Part shown: positions 37,596-52,800 of the stretch, one piece after another
Position numbering within the stretch: the stretch's first letter is position 1
Layout of the letters: each line of letters starts with the position of its first letter
DNA from: Antedon mediterranea
Taxonomy: Eukaryota > Animalia > Echinodermata
Assembly: GCF_964355755.1 (NCBI RefSeq)
Contig: NC_092670.1
Location: 27,578,388-27,642,387 of the forward strand
Reading direction: 5' to 3'
DNA: 64,000 nucleotides
The notes under the pieces: generated by a model
The model's database searches: none
What the model was told of the DNA's origin: nothing
What the model saw: only the letters and a program-made list of their open reading frames with translations
Translations under genes and position numbers: made by a program

Positions 37596-40500
37596 GGTGT
37601 TTTTATGTTAACAAGTTTTTTCGAAAATCACAAAATGGTCTAAAACGTCTCCAAATGTGATTTGAAGCTATTCAAAACACTTTGGTGTTTTTATGTTAAC
37701 AAGTTTTTTCGAAAATCACAAATTGGTCTAAAACGTCTCCAAATGCGATTTGAAGCTATTTTAAGCACTTTGGTGTTTTTGTGTAACCAAGTTTTTTCGA
37801 AAATCACAAAAGGGTCTAAAATGTCTCAAAATGCGATTTGAAGCTATTCTGTACACTTTGATGTTTTTTTGTTAACAAGTTTTTTCGAAAGTCACAAAAT
37901 GGTCTAAAACGTCTCCAAATGCGATTTGAAGCTATTCTAAGCACTTTGCTGTTTTGTGTGAATAATTTTTGTCGAAATGCTCAAAATGGTCAAAAACGTT
38001 TTTAAATACGATATTAAGCTATTTTGTGCTCTTTGATGTTTTTGTGTGAAAAGTTTTATCGAAATGCTCAAAATGGTCTAAAACGGTTTCTAATGTGATT
38101 TTAAGCACTTTGATGTTTTTATGTTAACAACTTTTTTAGAAAATCACAAAATGGTCTAAAACGTCTCCAAATGCGATTTGAAGCAATTCTAAGCACTTTG
38201 GTGTTTTTATGGTAACGAGTTTTTTTGAATATCACAAAATGGTCTAAAATGTCTCCAAATGCGATTTGAAGCTTTTCTAAGCACTTTGGTGTTTTTATGT
38301 TAACAAGTTTTTTCGAAAATCACAAAATGGTCTAAAACGTCTCCAAATGCGATTTGAAGCTATTCTGTACACTTTGCTGTTTTGTGTGAATAATTTTTGT
38401 CGAAATGCTCAAAATGGTCAAAAACGTTTTTAAATACGATATTAAGCTATTTTGTGCTCTTTTATGTTTTTGTGTGAAAAGTTTTATCGAAATGCTCAAA
38501 ATGGTCTAAAACGGTTTCTAATGTGATTTTAAGCACTTTGATGTTTTTATGTTAACAACTTTTTTAGAAAATCACAAAATGGTCTAAAACGTCTCCAAAT
38601 GCGATTTGAAGCAATTCTAAGCACTTTGGTGTTTTTATGGTAACGAGTTTTTTTGAATATCACAAAATGGTCTAAAATGTCTCCAAATGCGATTTGAAGC
38701 TTTTCTAAGCACTTTGGTGTTTTTATGGTAACGAGTTATTTCGAAAATCACAAAATGGTCTAAAACGTCTCCAAATGCGATTTGAAGCTATTCTGTACAC
38801 TTTGCTGTTTTGTGTGAATAATTTTTGTCAAAATGCTCAAAATGGTCAAAAACGTTTTTAAATACTATATTAAGCTATTTTGTGCTCTTTGATGTTTTTG
38901 TGTGAAAAGTTTTATCGAAATGCTCAAAATGGTCTAAAACGGTTTCTAATGTGATTTTAAGCACTTTGATGTTTTTATGTTAACAACTTTTTTAGAAAAT
39001 TACAAAATGGTGTAAAACGTCTCCAAATGCGATTTGAAGCTATTCTAAGCAATTTCGTGTTTTTATGTTAACAAGTTTTTTCGAAAATCACAAAATGGTC
39101 TAAAACGTCTCCAAATGCGATTTGAAGCTATTCTAAGCACTTTTGTGTTTTTATGTTAACAAGTTTTTTCGAAAATCACAAAATGGTCTACAACGTCTCC
39201 AAATGCGATTTGAAGATATTCTAAGCACTTTGGTGTTTTTATGTTAACAAGTTTTTTCGAAAATCACAAAGTGGTATAAAACGTCTCCAAATGCGATTTT
39301 AAGGTATTCTAAGCACTTTGGTGTTTTTATGTTAACAAGTTTTTTCGAAAATCACAAAATGGTCTAAAACGTCTCCAAATGTGATTTGAAGCTATTCTAA
39401 ACACTTTGGTGTTTTTATGTTAACAAGTTTTTTCGAAAATCACAAATTGGTCTAAAACGTCTCCAAATGCGATTTGAAGCTATTTTAAGCACTTTGGTGT
39501 TTTTGTGTAACCAAGTTTTTTCGAAAATCACAAAAGGGTCTAAAATGTCTCAAAATGCGATTTGAAGCTATTCTGTACACTTTGATGTTTTTATGTTAAC
39601 AACTTTTTTAGAAAATCACAAAATGGTCTAAAACGTCTCCAAATGCGATTTGAAGCAATTCTAAGCACTTTGGTGTTTTTATGGTAACGAGTTTTTTTGA
39701 ATATCACAAAATGGTCTAAAATGTCTCCAAATGCGATTTGAAGCTTTTCTAAGCACTTTGGTGTTTTTATGTTAACAAGTTTTTTCGAAAATCACAAAAT
39801 GGTCTAAAACGTCTCCAAATGCGATTTGAAGCTATTCTGTACACTTTGCTGTTTTGTGTGAATAATTTTTGTCGAAATGCTCAAAATGGTCAAAAACGTT
39901 TTTAAATACGATATTAAGCTATTTTGTGCTCTTTGATGTTTTTCTGTGAAAAGTTTTATCGAAATGCTCAAAATGGTCTAAAACGGTTTCTAATGTGATT
40001 TTAAGCACTTTGATGTTTTTATGTTAACAACTTTTTTAGAAAATCATAAAATGGTCTAAAACGTCTCCAAATGCGATTTGAAGCAATTCTAAGCACTTTG
40101 GTGTTTTTATGGTAACGAGTTTTTTTGAATATCACAAAATGGTCTAAAACGTCTCCAAATGCGATTTGAAGCTTTTCTAAGCACTTTGGTGTTTTTATGT
40201 TTACAAGTTTTTTCGAAAATCACAAAATGGTCTAAAACGGCTCCAAATACGATTTGAAGCTATTCTAAGCACTTTGGTGTTTTTATGTTAACAAGTTTTT
40301 TCGAAAATCACAAAATGGTCTAAAACGTCTCCAAATGCGATTTGAAGCTATTCTAAGCACTTTGGTGTTTTTATGTTAACAAGTTTTTTCGAAAATCACA
40401 AAATGGTGTAAAACGTCTCCAAATGCGATTTGAAGCTATTCTAAGCAATTTTGTGTTTTTGTGTAACCAAGTTTTTTCGAAAATCACAAAAGGGTCTAAA

Positions 40501-43500
40501 ATGTCTCAAAATGCGATTTGAAGCTATTCTGTACACTTTGATGTTTTTTTGTTAACAAGTTTTTTCGAAAGTCACAAAATGGTCTAAAAAGTCTCCAAAT
40601 GCGATTTGAAGCTATTCTAAGCACTTTGGTGTTTTTATGTTAACAAGTTTTATCGAAAATCACAAAATGGTGTAAAACGTCTCCAAATGCGATTTGAAGC
40701 TATTCTAAGCACTTTGGTGTTTTTATGGTAACGAGTTTTTTTGAATATCACAAAATGGTCTAAAATGTCTCCAAATGCGATTTGAAGCTTTTCTAAGCAC
40801 TTTGGTGTTTTTATGTTAACAAGTTTTTTCGAAAATCACAAAATGGTCTAAAACGTCTCCAAATGTGATTTGAAGCTATTCTAAACACTTTGGTGTTTTT
40901 ATGTTAACAAGTTTTTTCGAAAATCACAAATTGGTCTAAAACGTCTCTAAATGCGATTTGAAGCTAGTTTAAGCACTTTGGTGTTTTTGTGTAACCAAGT
41001 TTTTTCGAAAATCACAAAAGGGTCTAAAATGTCTCAAAATGCGATTTGAAGCTATTCTGTACACTTTGATGTTTTTTTTGTTAACAAGTTTTTTCGAAAG
41101 TCACAAAATGGTCTAAAACGTCTCCAAATGCGATTTGAAGCTATTCTAAGCACTTTGGTGTTTTTATGTTAACAAGTTTTTTCGAAAATCACAAAATGGT
41201 GTAAAACGTCTCCAAATGCGATTTGAAGCTATTCTAAGCAATTTGGTGTTTTTATGTTAACAAGTTTTTTCGAAAATCACAAAATGGTGTAAAACGTCTC
41301 CAAATGCGATTTTAAGCTATTCTAAGCAATTTGGTGTTTTTTTATGTTAACAAGTTTTTTCGAAAATCACAAAATGGTCTAAAACGTCTCCAAATGCGAT
41401 TTGAAGCTATTCTGTACACTTTGCTGTTTTGTGAGAATAATTTTTGTCGAAATGCTCAAAATGGTCAAAAACGTTTTTAAATACGATATTAAGCTATTTT
41501 GTGCTCTTTGATGTTTTTGTGTGAAAAGTTTTATCGAAATGCTCAAAATGGTCTAAAACGGTTTCTAATGTGATTTTAAGCACTTTGGTGTTTTTATGTT
41601 AACAAGTTTTTTCGAAAATCACAAAATGGTCTAAAACGTCTCCAAATGTGATTTGAAGCTATTCAAAACACTTTGGTGTTTTTATGTTAACAAGTTTTTT
41701 CGAAAATCACAAATTGGTCTAAAACGTCTCCAAATGCGATTTGAAGCTATTTTAAGCACTTTGGTGTTTTTGTGTAACCAAGTTTTTTCGAAAATCACAA
41801 AAGGGTCTAAAATGTCTCAAAATGCGATTTGAAGCTATTCTGTACACTTTGATGTTTTTTTGTTAACAAGTTTTTTCGAAAGTCACAAAATGGTCTAAAA
41901 CGTCTCCAAATGCGATTTGAAGCTATTCTAAGCACTTTGCTGTTTTGTGTGAATAATTTTTGTCGAAATGCTCAAAATGGTCAAAAACGTTTTTAAATAC
42001 GATATTAAGCTATTTTGTGCTCTTTGATGTTTTTGTGTGAAAAGTTTTATCGAAATGCTCAAAATGGTCTAAAACGGTTTCTAATGTGATTTTAAGCACT
42101 TTGATGTTTTTATGTTAACAACTTTTTTAGAAAATCACAAAATGGTCTAAAACGTCTCCAAATGCGATTTGAAGCAATTCTAAGCACTTTGGTGTTTTTA
42201 TGGTAACGAGTTTTTTTGAATATCACAAAATGGTCTAAAATGTCTCCAAATGCGATTTGAAGCTTTTCTAAGCACTTTGGTGTTTTTATGTTAACAAGTT
42301 TTTTCGAAAATCACAAAATGGTCTAAAACGTCTCCAAATGCGATTTGAAGCTATTCTGTACACTTTGCTGTTTTGTGTGAATAATTTTTGTCGAAATGCT
42401 CAAAATGGTCAAAAACGTTTTTAAATACGATATTAAGCTATTTTGTGCTCTTTTATGTTTTTGTGTGAAAAGTTTTATCGAAATGCTCAAAATGGTCTAA
42501 AACGGTTTCTAATGTGATTTTAAGCACTTTGATGTTTTTATGTTAACAACTTTTTTAGAAAATCACAAAATGGTCTAAAACGTCTCCAAATGCGATTTGA
42601 AGCAATTCTAAGCACTTTGGTGTTTTTATGGTAACGAGTTTTTTTGAATATCACAAAATGGTCTAAAATGTCTCCAAATGCGATTTGAAGCTTTTCTAAG
42701 CAATTTGGTGTTTTTATGGTAACGAGTTATTTCGAAAATCACAAAATGGTCTAAAACGTCTCCAAATGCGATTTGAAGCTATTCTGTACACTTTGCTGTT
42801 TTGTGTGAATAATTTTTGTCAAAATGCTCAAAATGGTCAAAAACGTTTTTAAATACTATATTAAGCTATTTTGTGCTCTTTGATGTTTTTGTGTGAAAAG
42901 TTTTATCGAAATGCTCAAAATGGTCTAAAACGGTTTCTAATGTGATTTTAAGCACTTTGATGTTTTTATGTTAACAACTTTTTTAGAAAATTACAAAATG
43001 GTGTAAAACGTCTCCAAATGCGATTTGAAGCTATTCTAAGCAATTTGGTGTTTTTATGTTAACAAGTTTTTTCGAAAATCACAAAATGGTCTAAAACGTC
43101 TCCAAATGCGATTTGAAGCTATTCTAAGCACTTTTGTGTTTTTATGTTAACAAGTTTTTTCGAAAATCACAAAATGGTCTACAACGTCTCCAAATGCGAT
43201 TTGAAGATATTCTAAGCACTTTGGTGTTTTTATGTTAACAAGTTTTTTCGAAAATCACAAAGTGGTATAAAACGTCTCCAAATGCGATTTTAAGGTATTC
43301 TAAGCACTTTGGTGTTTTTATGTTAACAAGTTTTTTCGAAAATCACAAAATGGTCTAAAACGTCTCCAAATGTGATTTGAAGCTATTCTAAACACTTTGG
43401 TGTTTTTATGTTAACAAGTTTTTTCGAAAATCACAAATTGGTCTAAAACGTCTCCAAATGCGATTTGAAGCTATTTTAAGCACTTTGGTGTTTTTGTGTA

Positions 43501-44350
43501 ACCAAGTTTTTTCGAAAATCACAAAAGGGTCTAAAATGTCTCAAAATGCGATTTGAAGCTATTCTGTACACTTTGATGTTTTTATGTTAACAACTTTTTT
43601 AGAAAATCACAAAATGGTCTAAAACGTCTCCAAATGCGATTTGAAGCAATTCTAAGCACTTTGGTGTTTTTATGGTAACGAGTTTTTTTGAATATCACAA
43701 AATGGTCTAAAATGTCTCCAAATGCGATTTGAAGCTTTTCTAAGCACTTTGGTGTTTTTATGTTAACAAGTTTTTTCGAAAATCACAAAATGGTCTAAAA
43801 CGTCTCCAAATGCGATTTGAAGCTATTCTGTACACTTTGCTGTTTTGTGTGAATAATTTTTGTCGAAATGCTCAAAATGGTCAAAAACGTTTTTAAATAC
43901 GATATTAAGCTATTTTGTGCTCTTTGATGTTTTTCTGTGAAAAGTTTTATCGAAATGCTCAAAATGGTCTAAAACGGTTTCTAATGTGATTTTAAGCACT
44001 TTGATGTTTTTATGTTAACAACTTTTTTAGAAAATCATAAAATGGTCTAAAACGTCTCCAAATGCGATTTGAAGCAATTCTAAGCACTTTGGTGTTTTTA
44101 TGGTAACGAGTTTTTTTGAATATCACAAAATGGTCTAAAACGTCTCCAAATGCGATTTGAAGCTTTTCTAAGCACTTTGGTGTTTTTATGTTTACAAGTT
44201 TTTTCGAAAATCACAAAATGGTCTAAAACGGCTCCAAATACGATTTGAAGCTATTCTAAGCACTTTGGTGTTTTTATGTTAACAAGTTTTTTCGAAAATC
44301 ACAAAATGGTCTAAAACGTCTCCAAATGCGATTTGAAGCTATTCTAAGCA
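37280..44350 (+). repeat. Direct repeat of ~3.1 kb at offset 3991 bp (~37280-40360 and ~41270-44350)
   Basis: Private ttcaaaacac 37671/41662, tttctgtgaa 39941/43932, aaatcataaa 40041/44032; 36x88 + 5x164 + 3 = 3991. Confidence 0.92.
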
Positions 44351-47300
44351 CTTTTGTGTTTTTATGTTAACAAGTTTTTTCGAAAATCACAAAATGGTCT
44401 AAAATGTCTCAAAATGCGATTTGAAGCTATTCTGTACACTTTGATGTTTTTTTGTTAACAAGTTTTTTCGAAAGTCACAAAATGGTCTAAAACGTCTCCA
44501 AATGCGATTTGAAGCTATTCTAAGCACTTTGGTGTTTTTATGTTAACAAGTTTTTTCGAAAATCACAAAATGGTGTAAAACGTCTCCAAATGCGATTTGA
44601 AGCTATTCTAAGCACTTTGGTGTTTTTATGTTAACAAGTTTTTTCGAAAATCACAAAATGGTCTAAAACGTCTCCAAATGCGATTTGAAGCTATTCTGTA
44701 CACTTTGCTGTTTTGTGTGAATAATTTTTGTTGAAATGCTCAAAATGGTCAAAAACGTTTTTAAATACGATATTAAGCTATTTTGTGCTCTTTGATGTTT
44801 TTGTGTGAAAAGTTTTATCGAAATGCTCAAAATGGTCTAAAACGGTTTCTAATGTGATTTTAAGCACTTTGGTGTTTTTATGTTAACAAGTTTTTTCGAA
44901 AATCACAAAATGGTCTAAAATGTCTCCAAATGCGATTTGAAGCTTTTCTAAGCACTTTGGTGTTTTTATGTTAACAAGTTTTTTCGAAAATCACAAAATG
45001 GTCTAAAACGTCTCCAAATGTGATTTGAAGCTATTCTAAACACTTTGGTGTTTTTATGTTAACAAGTTTTTTCGAAAATCACAAATTGGTCTAAAACGTC
45101 TCCAAATGCGATTTGAAGCTATTTTAAGCACTTTGGTGTTTTTGTGTAACCAAGTTTTTTCGAAAATCACAAAAGGGTCTAAAATGTCTCAAAATGCGAT
45201 TTGAAGCTATTCTAAGCACTTTGGTGTTTTTATGTTAACAAGTTTTATCGAAAATCACAAAATGGTGTAAAACGTCTCCAAATGCGATTTGAAGCTATTC
45301 TAAGCAATTTGGTGTTTTTATGTTAACAAGTTTTTTCGAAAATCACAAAATGGTCTAAAACGTCTCCAAATGCGATTTGAAGCTATTCTGTACACTTTGC
45401 TGTTTTGTGAGAATAATTTTTGTCGAAATGCTCAAAATGGTCAAAAACGTTTTTAAATACGATATTAAGCTATTTTGTGCTCTTTGATGTTTTTGTGTGA
45501 AAAGTTTTATCGAAATGCTCAAAATGGTCTAAAACGGTTTCTAATGTGATTTTAAGCACTTTGATGTTTTTATGTTAACAACTTTTTTAGAAAATTACAA
45601 AATGGTGTAAAACGTCTCCAAATGCGATTTGAAGCTATTCTAAGCAATTTCGTGTTTTTATGTTAACAAGTTTTTTCGAAAATCACAAAATGGTCTAAAA
45701 CGTCTCCAAATGCGATTTGAAGCTATTCTAAGCACTTTTGTGTTTTTATGTTAACAAGTTTTTTCGAAAATCACAAAATGGTCTAAAATGTCTCCAAATG
45801 CGATTTTAAGGTATTCTAAGCACTTTGGTGTTTTTATGTTAACAAGTTTTTTCGAAAATCACAAAATGGTCTAAAACGTCTACAAATGCGATTTGAAGCT
45901 ATTCTAAGCACTTTGGTGTTTTTATGTTAACAAGTTTTTTCGAAAATCACAAAATGGTATAAAACGTCTCCAAATGCGATTTGAAGATTTTCTAAGCACT
46001 TTGGTGTTTTTATGTTTACAAGTTTTTTCGAAAATCACAAAATGGTCTAAAACGTCTCCAAATGCGATTTGAAGCTATTCTGTACACTTTGCTGTTTTGT
46101 GTGAATAATTTTGTCAAAATGCTCAAAATGGTCAAAAACGTTTTTAAATACTATATTAAGCTATTTTGTGTTCTTTGATGTTTTTGTGTGAAAAGTTTTA
46201 TCGAAATGCTCAAAATGGTCTAAAACGGTTTCTAATGAAATGATTTTAAGAACTTTGATGTTTTTATGTTAACAACTTTTTTAGAAAATCACAAAATGGT
46301 CTAAAACGTCTCCAAATGCGATTTGAAGCAATTCTAAGCACTTTGGTGTTTTTATGTTAACAAGTTTTTTCGAAAATCACAAAATGGTATAAAACCTCTC
46401 CAAATGCGATTTTAAGGTATTCTAAGCACTTTGGTGTTTTTATGTTAACAAGTTTTTTCGAAAATCACAAAATGGTCTAAAACGTCTACAAATGCGATTT
46501 GAAGCTATTCTAAGCACTTTGGTGTTTTTATGTTAACAAGTTTTTTCGAAAATCACAAAATGGTATAAAACGTCTCCAAATGCGATTTTAAGCTATTCTA
46601 AGCAATTTGGTGTTTTTATGTTAACAAGTTTTTTCGAAAATCACAAAATGGTCGAAAATGTCACAAAATGCGATTTGAAGCTATTCTAAGCACTTTGGTG
46701 TTATTATGTTAACAAGTTTTTTCGAAAATCACAAATTGGTCTAAAACGTCTCCAAATGCGATTTGAAGCTATTTTAAGCACTTTGGTGTTTTTGTGTAAC
46801 CAAGTTTTTTCGAAAATCACAAAAGGGTCTAAAATGTCTCAAAATGCGATTTGAAGCTATTCTGTACACTTTGATGTTTTTTTGTTAACAAGTTTTTTCG
46901 AAAGTCACAAAATGGTCTAAAACGTCTCCAAATGCGATTTGAAGCTATTCTAAGCACTTTGGTGTTTTTATGTTAACAAGTTTTTTCGAAAATTACAAAA
47001 TGGTGTAAAACGTCTCCAAATGCGATTTGAAGCTATTCTAAGCACTTTGGTGTTTTTATGTTAACAAGTTTTTTCGAAAATCACAAAATGGTGTAAAACT
47101 TCTCCAAATACGATTTTAAGCTATTCTAAGCAATTTGGTGTTTTTATGTTAACAAGTTTTTTCGAAAATCACAAAATGGTCTAAAACGTCTCCAAATGCG
47201 ATTTGAAGTTATTCTGTACACTTTGCTGTTTTGTGAGAATAATTTTTGTCGAAATGCTCAAAATGGTCAAAAACATTTTTAAATACGATATTAAGCTATT

Positions 47301-49829
47301 TTGTGCTCTTTGATGTTTTTGTGTGAAAAGTTTTATCGAAATGCTCAAAATGGTCTAAAACGGTTTCTAATGTGATTTTAAGCACTTTGGTGTTTTTATG
47401 TTAACAAGTTTTTTCGAAAATCACAAAATGGTCTAAAACGTCTCCAAATGTGATTTGAAGCTATTCTAAACACTTTGGTGTTTTTATGTTAACAAGTTTT
47501 TTCGAAAATCACAAATTGGTCTAAAACGTCTCCAAATGCGATTTGAAGCTATTTTAAGCACTTTGGTGTTTTTGTGTAACCAAGTTTTTTCGAAAATCAC
47601 AAAAGGGTCTAAAATGTCTCAAAATGCGATTTGAAGCTATTCTGTACACTTTGATGTTTTTTTGTTAACAAGTTTTTTCGAAAGTCACAAAATGGTCTAA
47701 AACGTCTCCAAATGCGATTTGAAGCTATTCTAAGCACTTTGGTGTTTTTATGTTAACAAGTTTTTTCGAAAATCACAAAATGGTGTAAAACGTCTCCAAA
47801 TGCGATTTGAAGCTATTCTAAGCACTTTGGTGTTTTTATGTTAACAAGTTTTTTCGAAAATCACAAAATGGTGTAAAACTTCTCCAAATACGATTTTAAG
47901 CTATTCTAAGCAATTTGGTGTTTTTATGTTAACAAGTTTTTTCGAAAATCACAAAATGGTCTAAAACGTCTCCAAATGCGATTTGAAGCTATTCTGTACA
48001 CTTTGCTGTTTTGTGTGAATAATTTTTGTTGAAATGCTCAAAATGGTCAAAAACGTTTTTAAATACTATATTATGCTATTTTGTGTTCTTTGATGTTTTT
48101 GTGTGAAAAGTTTTATCGAAATGCTCAAAATGGTCTAAAACGGTTTCTAATGTGATTCTAAGCACTTTGGTGTTTTTATGTTAAGAAGTTTTTTCGAAAA
48201 TCACAAAATGGTATAAAACGTCTCCAAATGCGATTTTAAGGTATTCTAAGCACTTTGGTGTTTTTATGTTAACAAGTTTTTTCGAAAATCACAAAATGGT
48301 CTAAAACGTCTACAAATGCGATTTGAAGCTATTCTAAGCACTTTGGTGTTTTTATGTTAACAAGTTTTTTCGAAAATCACAAAATGGTCTAAAACGTCTC
48401 CAAATGCGATTTGAAGCTATTCTGTACACTTTGCTGTTTTGTGTGAATAATTTTTGTCGAAATGCTCAAAATGGTCAAAAACGTTTTTAAATACGATATT
48501 AAGCTATTTTGTGCTCTTTGATGTTTTTGTGTGAAAAGTTTTATCGAAATGCTCAAAATGGTCTAAAACGGTTTCTAATGTGATTTTAAGCACTTTGATG
48601 TTTTTATGTTAACAACTTTTTTAGAAAATCACAAAATGGTCTAAAACGTCTCCAAATGCGATTTGAAGCAATTCTAAGCACTTTGGTGTTTTTATGGTAA
48701 CGAGTTTTTTTGAATATCACAAAATGGTCTAAAATGTCTCCAAATGCGATTTGAAGCTATTCTGTACACTTTGATGTTTTTTTGTTAACAAGTTTTTTCG
48801 AAAGTCACAAAATGGTCTAAAACGTCTCCAAATGCGATTTGAAGCTATTCTAAGCACTTTGGTGTTTTTATGTTAACAAGTTTTTTCGAAAATCACAAAA
48901 TGGTGTAAAACGTCTCCAAATGCGATTTGAAGCTATTCTAAGCACTTTGGTGTTTTTATGTTAACAAGTTTTTTCGAAAATCACAAAATGGTGTAAAACT
49001 TCTCCAAATACGATTTTAAGCTATTCTAAGCAATTTGGTGTTTTTATGTTAACAAGTTTTTTCGAAAATCACAAAATGGTCTAAAACGTCTCCAAATGCG
49101 ATTTGAAGCTATTCTGTACACTTTGCTGTTTTGTGTGAATAATTTTTGTTGAAATGCTCAAAATGGTCAAAAACGTTTTTAAATACTATATTAAGCTATT
49201 TTGTGTTCTTTGATGTTTTTGTGTGAAAAGTTTTATCGAAATGCTCAAAATGGTCTAAAACGGTTTCTAATGTGATTTTAAGCACTTTGATGTTTTTATG
49301 TTAACAACTTTTTTAGAAAATCACAAAATGGTCTAAAACGTCTCCAAATGCGATTTTAAGCAATTCTAAGCACTTTGGTGTTTTTATGGTAACGAGTTAT
49401 TTCGAAAATCACAAAATGGTCTAAAAGGTCTCCAAATGCGATTTGAAGCTATTCTGTACACTTTGCTGTTTTGTGTGAATAATTTTTGTCAAAATGCTCA
49501 AAATGGTCAAAAACGTTTTTTAATACTATATTAAGCTATTTTGTGCTCTTTGATGTTTTTGTGTGAAAAGTTTTATCGAAATGCTAAAAATGGTCTAAAA
49601 CGGTTTCTAATGTGATTTTAAGCACTTTGATGTTTTTATGTTAACAACTTTTTTAGAAAATTACAAAATGGTGTAAAACGTCTCCAAATGCGATTTGAAG
49701 CTATTCTAAGCACTTTGGTGTTTTTATGGTAACGAGTTTTTTTTGAATATCACAAAATGGTCTAAAATGTCTCCAAATGCGATTTGAAGCTTTTCTAAGC
49801 ACTTTGGTGTTTTTATGTTAACAAGTTTT

Positions 49830-52800
49830 TTCGAAAATCACAAAATGGTCTAAAACGTCTCCAAATGTGATTTGAAGCTATTCTAAACACTTTGGTGTTT
49901 TTATGTTAACAAGTTTTTTCGAAAATCACAAATTGGTCTAAAACGTCTCTAAATGCGATTTGAAGCTAGTTTAAGCACTTTGGTGTTTTTGTGTAACCAA
50001 GTTTTTTCGAAAATCACAAAAGGGTCTAAAATGTCTCAAAATGCGATTTGAAGCTATTCTGTACACTTTGATGTTTTTTTTGTTAACAAGTTTTTTCGAA
50101 AGTCACAAAATGGTCTAAAACGTCTCCAAATGCGATTTGAAGCTATTCTAAGCACTTTGGTGTTTTTATGTTAACAAGTTTTTTCGAAAATCACAAAATG
50201 GTGTAAAACGTCTCCAAATGCGATTTGAAGCTATTCTAAGCAATTTGGTGTTTTTATGTTAACAAGTTTTTTCGAAAATCACAAAATGGTGTAAAACGTC
50301 TCCAAATGCGATTTTAAGCTATTCTAAGCAATTTGGTGTTTTTTTATGTTAACAAGTTTTTTCGAAAATCACAAAATGGTCTAAAACGTCTCCAAATGCG
50401 ATTTGAAGCTATTCTGTACACTTTGCTGTTTTGTGAGAATAATTTTTGTCGAAATGCTCAAAATGGTCAAAAACGTTTTTAAATACGATATTAAGCTATT
50501 TTGTGCTCTTTGATGTTTTTGTGTGAAAAGTTTTATCGAAATGCTCAAAATGGTCTAAAACGGTTTCTAATGTGATTTTAAGCACTTTGGTGTTTTTATG
50601 TTAACAAGTTTTTTCGAAAATCACAAAATGGTCTAAAACGTCTCCAATTGTGATTTGAAGCTATTCTAAACACTTTGGTGTTTTTATGTTAACAAGTTTT
50701 TTCGAAAATCACAAATTGGTCTAAAACGTCTCCAAATGCGATTTGAAGCTATTTTAAGCACTTTGGTGTTTTTGTGTAACCAAGTTTTTTCGAAAATCAC
50801 AAAAGGGTCTAAAATGTCTCAAAATGCGATTTGAAGCTATTCTGTACACTTTGATGTTTTTTTGTTAACAAGTTTTTTCGAAAGTCACAAAATGGTCTAA
50901 AACGTCTCCAAATGCGATTTGAAGCTATTCTAAGCACTTTGCTGTTTTGTGTGAATAATTTTTGTCGAAATGCTCAAAATGGTCAAAAACGTTTTTAAAT
51001 ACGATATTAAGCTATTTTGTGCTCTTTGATGTTTTTGTGTGAAAAGTTTTATCGAAATGCTCAAAATGGTCTAAAACGGTTTCTAATGTGATTTTAAGCA
51101 CTTTGATGTTTTTATGTTAACAACTTTTTTAGAAAATCACAAAATGGTCTAAAACGTCTCCAAATGCGATTTGAAGCAATTCTAAGCACTTTGGTGTTTT
51201 TATGGTAACGAGTTTTTTTGAATATCACAAAATGGTCTAAAATGTCTCCAAATGCGATTTGAAGCTTTTCTAAGCACTTTGGTGTTTTTATGTTAACAAG
51301 TTTTTTCGAAAATCACAAAAGGGTCTAAAACGTCTCCAAATGCGATTTGAAGCTATTCTAAGCACTTTGGTGTTATTATGTTAACAAGTCTTTTCGAAAA
51401 TCACAAATTGGTCTAAAACGTCTCCAAATGCGATTTGAAGCTATTTTAAGCACTTTGGTGTTTTTGTGTAACCAAGTTTTTTCGAAAATCACAAAAGGGT
51501 CTAAAATGTCTCAAAATGCGATTTGAAGCTATTCTGTACATTTTGATGTTTTTTTGTTAACAAGTTTTTTCGAAAGTCACAAAATGGTCTAAAACGTCTC
51601 CAAATGCGATTTGAAGCTATTCTAAGCACTTTGGTGTTTTTATGTTAACAAGTTTTTTCGAAAATCACAAAATGGTGTAAAACGTCTCCAAATGCGATTT
51701 GAAGCTATTCTAAGCACTTTGGTGTTTTTATGTTCACAAGTTTTTTCGAAAATCACAAAATGGTGTAAAACTTCTCCAAATACGATTTTAAGCTATTCTA
51801 AGCAATTTGGTGTTTTTATGTTAACAAGTTTTTTCGAAAATCACAAAATGGTCTAAAACGTCTCCAAATGCGATTTGAAGCTATTCTGTACACTTTGCTG
51901 TTTTGTGTGAATAATTTTTGTTGAAATGCTCAAAATGGTCAAAAACGTTTTTAAATACTATATTAAGCTATTTTGTGTTCTTTGATGTTTTTGTGTGAAA
52001 AGTTTTATCGAAATGCTCAAAATGGTCTAAAACAGTTTCTAATGTGATTTTAAGCACTTTGATGTTTTTATGTTAACAACTTTTTTAGAAAATCACAAAA
52101 TGGTCTAAAACGTCTCCAAATGCGATTTGAAGCAATTCTAAGCACTTTGGTGTTTTTATGTTAATAAGTTTTTTCGAAAATCACAAAATGGTATAAAACG
52201 TCTCCAAATGCGATTTGAAGCAATTCTAAGCACTTTGGTGTTTTTATGTTAACAAGTTTTTTCGAAAATCACAAAATGGTATAAAACGTCTCCAAATGCG
52301 ATTTTAAGGTATTCTAAGCACTTTGGTGTTTTTTTTTTGTTAACAAGTTTTTTCGAAAATCACAAAATGGTCTAAAACGTCTCCAAATGCGATTTGAAGC
52401 TATTCTGTACACTTTGCTGTTTTGTGTGAATAATTTTTGTCGAAATGCTCAAAATGGTCAAAAACGTTTTTAAATACGATATTAAGCTATTTTGTGCTCT
52501 TTGATGTTTTTGTGTGAAAAGTTTTATCGAAATGCTCAAAATGGTCTAAAACGGTTTCTAATGTGATTTTAAGCACTTTGATGTTTTTATGTTAACAACT
52601 TTTTTAGAAAATCACAAAATGGTCTAAAACGTCTCCAAATGCGATTTGAAGCAATTCTAAGCACTTTGGTGTTTTTATGGTAACGAGTTTTTTTGAATAT
52701 CACAAAATGGTCTAAAATGTCTCCAAATGCGATTTAAAGCTAATCTGTACACTTTGATGTTTTTTTGTTAACCAGTTTTTTCGAAAGTCACAAAATGGTC

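Noticed and set aside
52325-52340. T-run length variants as sequencing errors or functional signals
   Set aside because: They are reproduced exactly in the paralogous copy (~57619), so they are probably real inherited slippage; nothing suggests function.
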